Of a DNA stretch of 34,345 bases, positions 1 through 7,511 are shown in pieces (positions within the stretch are counted from its first letter, which is position 1; each line of letters starts with the position of its first letter). A program made the position numbers and the translations under genes. Under the pieces are notes generated by a model, which was given only the letters and a program-made list of their open reading frames with translations, was not told the origin of the DNA and did not search any database. The stretch is from NCBI GenBank assembly GCA_043739185.1, contig JAYUEN010000388.1:1-34345 (forward strand). The letters run 5' to 3'. The DNA comes from Bdellovibrionales bacterium (GTDB lineage Bacteria > Bdellovibrionota > Bdellovibrionia > Bdellovibrionales > JAMPXM01).

Positions 1-229
1 CTAATACTTCATTTTGATAAAGTTTTTTTAGCTTTTCATCAGAGTCTTTGGTTTCGAAACTAGCTTGCATCATAATCGGCTTACCTATTGTCTTAGGAAA
101 GGAAGGCTCGGTTTGGGGTTTTGAAGCAAAACTAAGTTCAGCTAAAAAATTAAAAGTCTGGGTGGCGGCATGCGCTCGACTCAGTCCGCAGAGGGAACAC
201 AAAGCCAAAGCCAAGATCAAATATTTCAT
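1..229 (-). CDS. Exported hypothetical protein, 5' part only (runs off left edge)
   Basis: Manual translation from ATG at 229: MKYLILALALCSLCGLSRAHAATQTFNFLAEL...KKLYQNEVL, no stop before position 1; Sec signal ending AHA. Not in the ORF track. Confidence 0.8.
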   Translation of the reverse strand, partial: MKYLILALALCSLCGLSRAHAATQTFNFLAELSFASKPQTEPSFPKTIGKPIMMQASFETKDSDEKLKKLYQNEVL

Positions 230-292
230 TTCTTATACCCCATTGCCTTTTGAACTGATTGCATGCCGTAAAAAATAATATAAGAATATACT

Positions 293-1012
293 ATGCAAGA
301 ACAAAAGGCTCCTACACAAGATCCGGTTTTTCAAGCGGGAATGAAGATCATTTCGTTTTTGAAACAGTATCATCGATACGATGTTCACGGCTTAGAGAAA
401 ATTCCTAAGTCCGGCCCCGCCTTGATCGTCATCAATCACAGTCTTGCGACTTATGATATTATTATGCTGGCGTCAGAGATTTACCTGCAAACCGGTCGTT
501 ATTGCGTAGGACTAGCAGACCGAAGAATTTTTCAAACACCAGGGATTGCGCAATTTTTCTCAAGATTGAAAGCCGTTATGGGAACTCCCGAAGTGGGTCA
601 AGAGCTCCTTGCCGGTGGCAATTTGGTACTTATTTCTCCTGGAGGAATGCGAGAATCACTACGTTCTTCGAATGAAAAGTATCGTGTGGATTGGGAGGGG
701 CGCTACGGTTTTGTAAGGTTGGCCATCAAATCTCAAGTGCCGGTCATTTTGGCGGCTTGTCCTGCGGCCGACGATATTTATACTCTTTATGAAAATCCAG
801 TGACCACTAAAGTCTATCAAAAGTTAAAATGGCCCTTGCCCATATTGCGGGGTTGGGGGCTTTCTCTTCTTCCACGGCCCGTTAAGCTCGATCATTTTTT
901 GAGTGGACCATTTCAAGCACCTGAACTTCAAAATGGTGAAGTTAACGAGGAGGAAGTTCAAAACTTTCATGCCCTTCTTCGCCAAGAAATTCATCGACTC
1001 ATGCGAAGTTAA
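293..1012 (+). CDS. Lysophospholipid acyltransferase family protein (LPLAT, MGAT/DGAT2-like)
   Basis: GLEKIPKSGPALIVINHSLATYD (NHx4D catalytic motif), SPGGMRE and GFVRLA motifs typical of the family. Confidence 0.88.
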   Translation: MQEQKAPTQDPVFQAGMKIISFLKQYHRYDVHGLEKIPKSGPALIVINHSLATYDIIMLASEIYLQTGRYCVGLADRRIFQTPGIAQFFSRLKAVMGTPEVGQELLAGGNLVLISPGGMRESLRSSNEKYRVDWEGRYGFVRLAIKSQVPVILAACPAADDIYTLYENPVTTKVYQKLKWPLPILRGWGLSLLPRPVKLDHFLSGPFQAPELQNGEVNEEEVQNFHALLRQEIHRLMRS

Positions 1013-1028
1013 AGCTTTGGCTGTCTGA

Positions 1029-1406
1029 TTACGGACATTTTTCTAGAGGTGTATACTCATAGAAAGAATTAAATCGAGGTTGAATAGAGCCTAGGATATA
1101 AGTCACTTGTTCAATCTTAAGTTTTGGGTCGTGTCCGAGTTCAACACAAAAAGTTGATCCACCTTCGCGGCCCCAAAATGTTGTTTTGAACTGTTCGAGC
1201 ACGCCATCTGCTAAAAGTGAAGCCATTGCAGACTTCAAAACTCGGTAGGCTCCATCATCAAAACCGGTGAGACCTCCGTAAAATTTAACTTCAACGGCCC
1301 TTGACTCAGGCGCGGGCAATGGCGTCGGAGCGGGAACTGGTTGATCTGCAGCTAACGCCTGTTGAGCACCTAGAAAGAGTGTAAAGATTAAAAGAAATAT
1401 TTTCAT
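1029..1406 (-). CDS. Secreted hypothetical protein
   Basis: Signal peptide MKIFLLIFTLFLGAQQALA, Pro-rich linker, two Cys. Confidence 0.8.
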   Translation of the reverse strand: MKIFLLIFTLFLGAQQALAADQPVPAPTPLPAPESRAVEVKFYGGLTGFDDGAYRVLKSAMASLLADGVLEQFKTTFWGREGGSTFCVELGHDPKLKIEQVTYILGSIQPRFNSFYEYTPLEKCP

Positions 1407-1439
1407 TTAAAATCCTATATTTAAGTTACTCGCAGGTTT

Positions 1440-1474
1440 AAAAAAAAGACGAGTTCACTATAAACCCGTCTTTT
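1440..1474 (-). terminator. Rho-independent terminator after the HExxH protease gene
   Basis: Minus strand AAAAGACGGGTT-TATAGTG-AACTCGTCTTTTTTTT: stem with one G-U pair, followed by a U-tract. Confidence 0.75.
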
Positions 1475-1498
1475 GAAGATTGCAGAATTAGATCAGAA

Positions 1499-2431
1499 CT
1501 AGTTCATTGGTTTAAACCAACAAAGTGGACGCGCACCCAATTTGAAATTTTCTTTTGTGAAACAAGAATATTTCATGGCTTCAAGTTCAGCGGCCGCTGA
1601 TTCTTGTCCAGCCGGAAAGCCCTTTGAAGGAATAACTGCAAGATCCCATTTCTTAGTGCAGAGTGCCCCTTGAAAATAAGTATCAAGTCGACACTGACCT
1701 CTTGGGTGAGCAGTATTGGTTTGCGGAACTTTGGTCGCATCTGGCTTGTCAAATTGTGGAGCTGGATCGCCTCCAAGTGCAGCTAGTAAAACTGCAAGTG
1801 AATACCCACCTGCGGCAGCCCTTACGCACCAGCCCTGTGCATTAGCATTGCCAGACCATGCGCTGTCACAAGATTGTTTTACTATAGGTGGAATGCTCGC
1901 CAATCTGCCGAAAGCTGTATTTCTTGCAGAATCTTTACCCCAAACGTATTTCGCACAAACATCAGTTGCAAAATAGTCTGATTCGCCTTCAGCAGCGGCC
2001 CAATTGCCGCCCTCATAAAAAGCGTAACCACCAAAGTGATGACCTAGCTCATGACAAACAACGAGAGCAAAGCCGTCTTCTGTAACTTCGGGACGTCGTG
2101 CAAGTCCTCCAAACATTGAAATCTGCCAGTTATTGCCGCTTTGACTAGCAAATGCGTTCACAGTTGGATCGGTCCATCTTTTATCAACAGTTAAGTTGAC
2201 GCCTTTTGCTTTGGCTATCGCAATCCAACGAACCATAACTTCGTCAATAATTTGGCCGAATCTCTGTTCGGTAATATTTGAGGTCCCATTGACTCGATCC
2301 TGCAAATGCAATTGGTTTGGTGGAAGAGTCATTTTCAAATTTGGCGTCCCATAATAAGCGTATCCATAGTTGCTTTGTGCTTGGGCTACCGTGGCCATCA
2401 ATACAAAAACTAATATTCCTAATACTTTCAT
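1499..2431 (-). CDS. Secreted zinc metalloprotease (HExxH zincin), Cys-rich
   Basis: Signal peptide ending AQA; VNAFA strand, VVCHELGHH, AEGESDYFA (candidate third ligand E); AGGAGG RBS upstream. Confidence 0.85.
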   Translation of the reverse strand: MKVLGILVFVLMATVAQAQSNYGYAYYGTPNLKMTLPPNQLHLQDRVNGTSNITEQRFGQIIDEVMVRWIAIAKAKGVNLTVDKRWTDPTVNAFASQSGNNWQISMFGGLARRPEVTEDGFALVVCHELGHHFGGYAFYEGGNWAAAEGESDYFATDVCAKYVWGKDSARNTAFGRLASIPPIVKQSCDSAWSGNANAQGWCVRAAAGGYSLAVLLAALGGDPAPQFDKPDATKVPQTNTAHPRGQCRLDTYFQGALCTKKWDLAVIPSKGFPAGQESAAAELEAMKYSCFTKENFKLGARPLCWFKPMN

Positions 2432-2571
2432 CTAAAACCCTCCTATTGGTTTTTTGGTTACAAAAAGGCTAGGTCACGACGAAGGTCGAGGCAAAGAAAT
2501 AAAATTTAATAACCCTTTGTGTCTTCATTTTTAATTGAATCTTAAGAAACAGCTAAAACAAAAGGCATTTC

Positions 2572-3354
2572 TTAATTCAATCTGACATAGATTGATTCTT
2601 GATACTGCTGTTCGCTCAATATCTGAAAGCCGTTAATTAGGATTTTTGTTAGAGCTTTTTTTCCGATAGGGTCTTCACATAATGTCGTTAGGGCTTTACG
2701 CATATTCTCAACTTCGCAATCCGAGGTTAAGGCAGAAGTGACAAGTGGTGGAGCTAAGACTTTGCGAGTTTGGCCAAAGATTTTGAGGTCGCTGACGAAT
2801 TCAGGTCGATACTTCATTAAAAGACCCCAGGTGACAACATCAATGGCCGCCCAATCAGCTGCGCCATATTTTATCATCTCGATAGACTGTAGATGGCTGC
2901 CGCTCCAATGAACTTTCACTGAATAACTTTCTAGAATGCAATGATAGCCAGAGAAAGAACGATTATCATTGGCAACAAATCTTCCTTTTGCCAAAGCGCA
3001 AGAGAGTGAGTCAATTTTTGAATCTTTTCTGGTTACTAAAAAGCTCGAATATTCTCCGTTACTGGCACCTTCAGTTTGATAAATGGGGGTGGCAATCATC
3101 TTGAGAGGTTTCAAGGTTCCTGCGGCGATGTCAAAACCACATGTTTGGGTCATAACTAAATTGGGGCTCGCCAAAGCTTTCAAATGCGGCGTTTTGCGAT
3201 CTAAAAGCGTGGGCATCCGTTTCGACATTCTCAAATCGCAATGTTTTTTTAATGAGTGCCAAACTTGATCTATTAGGTATTCGGTCTCTCTAAAGTTATA
3301 CCAGGGTAAGCTAACAATTGGATTTATGTTCATAAAGTTTTTCGTTTCAATCAA
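2572..3354 (-). CDS. PhnD/SsuA/transferrin-fold substrate-binding-like protein without signal peptide (start may be the ATG of MNINP at 3333)
   Basis: SLPWY, QTCG, YSSFLV, SFSGY, SGSHLQSI, AAIDVVTW and APPLVT motifs of the PhnD-like family. Confidence 0.75.
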   Translation of the reverse strand: MIETKNFMNINPIVSLPWYNFRETEYLIDQVWHSLKKHCDLRMSKRMPTLLDRKTPHLKALASPNLVMTQTCGFDIAAGTLKPLKMIATPIYQTEGASNGEYSSFLVTRKDSKIDSLSCALAKGRFVANDNRSFSGYHCILESYSVKVHWSGSHLQSIEMIKYGAADWAAIDVVTWGLLMKYRPEFVSDLKIFGQTRKVLAPPLVTSALTSDCEVENMRKALTTLCEDPIGKKALTKILINGFQILSEQQYQESIYVRLN

Positions 3355-3355
3355 G

Positions 3356-3613
3356 GTCTATGCTCAAGATCTAACTAAATCCGCTGACAAGAGCAAGGTC
3401 TTCCTTGTTGAAATGAGGATAAGCGTGGGTAGATCAAGAGGGGCCAATCCTGCCAGCCTGTCTTGGCTTCGATTGCGTTCTTGCGGAATAAAAACGAATT
3501 GCAAATATCGATCGGGATAAAGAAATCGATGATCCTCAATTTCTCTTGTCCGTCGTCTGACTGCGCCACCTGGTTAGCTTTTTTTCTTGTCGACTCATTT
3601 GTCTATGCTCAAG
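3356..3613. repeat. 13-bp direct repeat GTCTATGCTCAAG (3356-3368 and 3601-3613) bracketing the intergenic region
   Basis: Exact match read from the sequence. Confidence 0.85.
3386..3550 (+). ncRNA. Putative structured non-coding RNA, family not recognised; strand tentative
   Basis: Nested stems GACAAGAG/CTCTTGTC, CAAGG/CCTTG, AAATGAGGAT/ATCCTCAATTT, CAAGAGGGGC/GCCTGTCTTG, TTGC/GCAA, ATCGAT/ATCGAT, plus loop-loop complementarity ATCCTG/CGGGAT. Confidence 0.55.
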
Positions 3614-3616
3614 CCT

Positions 3617-4519
3617 TTAACCCATTGACCAGAAAATGGTGCAAGACGAAGGAGCGATGCTTGCTGCGCCTTCAAGGCAGCCATGATGTCGAATGTTTAT
3701 AAACCAACGACCTCTACCATTTTGGCGCACTCTAAAATAAGGAAAGTCATTTCTTGGCAGTACTGTTTCGCTGGGACTTAAAAAATAAAAACTAACAGAC
3801 CCATTTGGTGAAAACGGCGAATCAAAAGGAACTAAGATTTGTGCCGAGCTTGAAGTGAAATCGCCGCGGCATTCTGAAATCGAAATGTCTCTCGCGCCTT
3901 GAGAATCTCGACTTCCCCAGTATAACCCCAAGTCCGGATATTGCCACAAAGGAAATTTTTGAATGGCAGAGCTATCAGGAAGCTCAATCGAAAGAACTTC
4001 GCCAGGATTCATTTTGTAATCAAAATTTGGCGTTTCGATCGTCATGCCACTTGGGTTAACGCCGCCAGGACTGGCAACTGCTTGCAGAGTTTTAGTATAA
4101 GTAACTACTTGGTCTACGCAAGAAGACCCTGCGGGAGGAGGATTGATTGCGACAGGCGGATTTGAAGTTGGGGTTGGCCCGGCCGTTGGCGGAGTCGTGC
4201 CCTGGCCATTTTGGCAATCGCAATAATTTATGACTTGAGCGTTTCCGGTGCTGCGATAAAAGCCTACGCAAATACTGTCGCTATAAGGGGCCGGTAAGAC
4301 GCCACATGAGTTTGCTTGCGCGGGGGGCGGAGGAAGGGGGCTTGCGGCGCCATTGGATCCAGAAGCGGGAGCACTGGCTGCGTCGTTTACGCCTGGGCCT
4401 GATGCGCCGGAATAGGCCCCAAACCGCGATTCGGGACTGCAGGCTGCAAAAATGATAGAGACAAGCGCGAAGAAGGCAATATAGTTAAAAAACCTATTGT
4501 GAGTGAAAGGGGTTTTCAT
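3617..4519 (-). CDS. Lipoprotein of unknown function with Pro/Ala/Gly-rich linkers
   Basis: Lipobox FAAC; PLPPPP and PTPTSNPP linkers; several Cys; GGGAG RBS. Confidence 0.8.
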   Translation of the reverse strand: MKTPFTHNRFFNYIAFFALVSIIFAACSPESRFGAYSGASGPGVNDAASAPASGSNGAASPLPPPPAQANSCGVLPAPYSDSICVGFYRSTGNAQVINYCDCQNGQGTTPPTAGPTPTSNPPVAINPPPAGSSCVDQVVTYTKTLQAVASPGGVNPSGMTIETPNFDYKMNPGEVLSIELPDSSAIQKFPLWQYPDLGLYWGSRDSQGARDISISECRGDFTSSSAQILVPFDSPFSPNGSVSFYFLSPSETVLPRNDFPYFRVRQNGRGRWFINIRHHGCLEGAASIAPSSCTIFWSMG

Positions 4520-4830
4520 AAATTTTTATTCTCCCAGTTCATAACCAATTGTCGTATGAATCCTGAGTTTTTAATAGAGTCCAAAATATATTAATTGTTG
4601 AACTTCAATTCAGAGGCTTTGTAAAAAATCATTTTCGTAAATACATTTGTAGCGAGTGCCAATATCTGTGCAATCTTTTGACAGTTTAATTGAATGATGA
4701 ACCCATATAGACAATTTGGGACGGCGATTTAAAATCTTTGGTTTTCAGAGGAAGCAGCAATTCTTCAAAAAAGGTCCACAGATGTGTTTCAAATTGACAC
4801 GCTTTTACAATCTAAGGGCCCAGTTTTCAA

Positions 4831-5154
4831 TTATTTGGATTTACAGGACTTCCAGCGAATTTTTTTTCCTCTTGAAAATGACCATAGGGCTTTTTCAATT
4901 TTTCGGCATAGCCCTGTGTTTTCGTCACATTCATTGAGCTCGGTATTATCCTTCAATATTTTTTTACAAAATTCTTCACAAGCGGACTCTGAGGATTTCA
5001 CTTCTTTATTTTGTACTGTGCCTGAATTGCACGGGGGCTCTGAAGGCCCGCAATAAGAAATGCTGAGTATCACTGAGCAATCCGAAGAGCTAGCATAACT
5101 AACGGAATGAAAAAGTAGCATCACAATTAATAGGGTTTGAATTAGCTCTCCCAT
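4831..5154 (-). CDS. Small secreted Cys-rich hypothetical protein
   Basis: Signal peptide ending SYA; 8 Cys in about 85 mature residues. Confidence 0.65.
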   Translation of the reverse strand: MGELIQTLLIVMLLFHSVSYASSSDCSVILSISYCGPSEPPCNSGTVQNKEVKSSESACEEFCKKILKDNTELNECDENTGLCRKIEKALWSFSRGKKIRWKSCKSK

Positions 5155-5328
5155 TTTGATTTCAACTTATCAGCTTCGGGCTCAATTTCGAGATCAATGT
5201 CACTAGGAGGCCAAGCGAGGCAGGCCAATAAAACCATAAAAATACATTCTTTGATAGCTGATTCCTTTGCTTTTTCAGACATTGTATTTTTGTTATTCAA
5301 ATTTCTCAAAGCTTTTTTGATACAAACT

Positions 5329-5985
5329 TTAGTAAGTCGAACTCACAGGCCTGCAAAGGTAGCTGTTTGTAGGACCAATTTTTTGAGTAAGTTCTTGCGC
5401 GATTTGTGTGGTGATGGTGTCGTTACAGTTTGATCGCCAAATATAACTAGCGCCATCACAAAAGCTATGGGCATTTAATTCAACTTTTTCGCCGGAGGAT
5501 GCAAAAAATGGATATTCTCCGCTGCTTGTAATTGCTAAGGAAAGCATTGGGCAAATGACAGTATGATTTGCGCCTTGGCTATATTCACACATTGGAACCT
5601 CGGCAAAACTTTTTTGGAGGGAGACAATATCAGAATTTGTTAAAGCCAAATTCAATACGCAGATTTGAGCGCCTGAACTTTCGCAGGCATAACCTCCTTT
5701 GGGTAAAGCCTTACACGTCGGATTGTAAAAAGCATAGAAATTCACCGAAGGGCTCTTGTTCAAATCAAAACTTAGGCTTGAAAAATCGAGTGAGAGGGCA
5801 TCATCTTTGTGGAGAATGTATTTGGTTGTAAGGCTAGCGCGATCCACATTTTTACCGTAAGGGCCGATATTTCGCACGATGAGTTGTGTATCGTCATTTG
5901 AAGCCGAATTGAGGCCACAAGCGCTGGTGAAAATAATGAGGAAGGTGCACATGATAACTTTAAGTAAAATCATTTGAGTCTCCAT
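5329..5985 (-). CDS. Lipoprotein of unknown function
   Basis: Lipobox TSAC; many Cys. Confidence 0.78.
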   Translation of the reverse strand: METQMILLKVIMCTFLIIFTSACGLNSASNDDTQLIVRNIGPYGKNVDRASLTTKYILHKDDALSLDFSSLSFDLNKSPSVNFYAFYNPTCKALPKGGYACESSGAQICVLNLALTNSDIVSLQKSFAEVPMCEYSQGANHTVICPMLSLAITSSGEYPFFASSGEKVELNAHSFCDGASYIWRSNCNDTITTQIAQELTQKIGPTNSYLCRPVSSTY

Positions 5986-6101
5986 TTATGTTTTTATGTT
6001 TCTGCTGAAATGTCCCATTCTAATTTGAATCGGTTATTTGAATTCAATCATAAGCCAAAGGGCCACAAAAATGGTCTGGAAAGTCTCGCGAAATGAAAGT
6101 T

Positions 6102-6216
6102 TTCGTATTCAATTGGTATACGTAGACTAATATAACATGTCGTAAACACGCCATTAAATTAAAGTGATCTAATAAAACATATATAGTTGGTATACAACTG
6201 GCGAATCAAGTAGAAT
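6102..6216 (+). promoter_or_regulatory. Putative operator repeats (GTATAC core) and sigma70-type -10 for the TIGR02147 gene
   Basis: TTGGTATAC at 6113 and 6187; palindrome AGTTG-GTATA-CAACT 6185-6199; TAGAAT at 6211-6216, with the ATG starting 7 nt after its last base. Confidence 0.5.
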
Positions 6217-6222
6217 GAATTT

Positions 6223-7059
6223 ATGGGGTCTAAGCTCAACATATTCAAATTTGAAGATTACCGAGAGCTCTTATTGGCGCTCATTGCACAGAGAAAAAAA
6301 GACAAGAAGGTATTTTCCTATCGCTGGTTTTCGCAAAGAGCAGGCTTAACGGCGCCGAACTTTTTACATTTAGTTGTGAGGAAAAAGCGACACTTATCGG
6401 CTGAGACAATTGAAAAGGTTATTGATATTTTTCAATTGAGTTTAGCCGAGGGAGATTTTTTTCGAAACCTAACTCATTTTAACAAAGCCAAAACCTTATC
6501 TGAGCGCGAACATTTTGCTCATCAACTTATAAAGCTTAAAAAATTCAAAAATGAATTTCCGCTTTCACAGGATCAATTTGAATATTATTCTAAATGGTAT
6601 CATATACCCATTCGTGAATTGTTAAGTCTGAAGGTCCCACCAACTTCTGAAGAAGAGATTTCGGAGAATTTGATTCCCTATGTTTCAAAACCAGATGTAC
6701 AAAATGCGTTGGCAAAATTAGAAGCGCTAAAACTCATTTCAAAAAAAGCAAAAACTTGGACACTCGCTCAGGAAAGTGTCGCTACGGGGAACAAATTTTC
6801 TTCTTTTGGCGTCGTGCAATTTCATAAGCAAATGATGGGCCTGGCGGTAGAGTCCCTCGACCGATTTGGTCCAGATGAGCGCGAGGTTTCTGCGGTCACG
6901 GTTGGATTGTCGCAAGAGAGTTTCAATCGAATTCAGAAAATGGTTGAGGATTTTCGGTCGCAAATCATGAGCATAGCTGAAGACGACAAATTAAAGGAAC
7001 GTATATATCAAATCAATTTTCAAGTTTTTCCGCTTTCAAAAAGCCGGAGTTCAAAATGA
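6223..7059 (+). CDS. TIGR02147 family protein (N-terminal HTH + DUF4423)
   Basis: YRELL..FSYRWFSQRAGL.APNFL..V..KKRHLS, YYSKWYHIPIREL, FHKQMM.LA..SL, REVS, YQINFQVFPLS. Confidence 0.9.
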   Translation: MGSKLNIFKFEDYRELLLALIAQRKKDKKVFSYRWFSQRAGLTAPNFLHLVVRKKRHLSAETIEKVIDIFQLSLAEGDFFRNLTHFNKAKTLSEREHFAHQLIKLKKFKNEFPLSQDQFEYYSKWYHIPIRELLSLKVPPTSEEEISENLIPYVSKPDVQNALAKLEALKLISKKAKTWTLAQESVATGNKFSSFGVVQFHKQMMGLAVESLDRFGPDEREVSAVTVGLSQESFNRIQKMVEDFRSQIMSIAEDDKLKERIYQINFQVFPLSKSRSSK

Positions 7060-7511
7060 AAAAGATTCTGTTTTGTTTCACAGTTTTTGCTTTGCAATTC
7101 GGCTGTATGGGCACCAATACCGGAAATCCTGGGGCAGTTTTTTCTCCGGTCCTTGGTACGTCTACATTTACTGCGGGACTAGTCGCTACCGTCTGCACCC
7201 AGATTGTAAAATGCTATGCTGGGGCAAATCTCTCAACCTGCGAGACTCAGGTTTTTTCATTGACGGGATATCCAAATCAACTTGGGGTAAATGCTTCAAC
7301 CCATTCAACAATGACGGCGCTTCAAACTGCTGAGCAAGCTGGCGCTACGAGCGCAAACTCGAACAATGTTCAGGCCTGTGAGACGGCTATTAGTCACTTA
7401 AATTGTACGGACTCTTTGATTTCTCAAAGTTATTCGAACTCAAGTCCGAATGATTATGCGAATACAAATTTATTATTTAAAGTAAGTGCGAGCTGCCAGT
7501 CCATTTTCTAA
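7056..7511 (+). CDS. Lipoprotein with GTNTGNP motif, translationally coupled to the TIGR02147 gene
   Basis: ATGA overlap; lipobox QFGC followed by MGTNTGNPG; 6 further Cys. Confidence 0.85.
   Translation: MKKILFCFTVFALQFGCMGTNTGNPGAVFSPVLGTSTFTAGLVATVCTQIVKCYAGANLSTCETQVFSLTGYPNQLGVNASTHSTMTALQTAEQAGATSANSNNVQACETAISHLNCTDSLISQSYSNSSPNDYANTNLLFKVSASCQSIF

Noticed and set aside
48..278. 76-aa plus-strand ORF in the track
   Set aside because: Antisense shadow of the minus-strand signal-peptide ORF starting at 229.
3386..3550. Assignment to cobalamin, yybP-ykoY, lysine or c-di-GMP riboswitch, or hammerhead ribozyme
   Set aside because: Only a GGAAGACC fragment (minus strand) and CTGACAA resemble them; the conserved cores (GGGAA/GCCACTG, GGGGAGTAG, AGAGGTGC, GGCAAA..GCAAA, CTGANGA+GAAA) are not present in the right arrangement.
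3326..3702. Short ORFs 3326-3520(+), 3375-3569(-), 3463-3702(+)
   Set aside because: No RBS or recognisable protein features; the extensive base pairing explains the region better.
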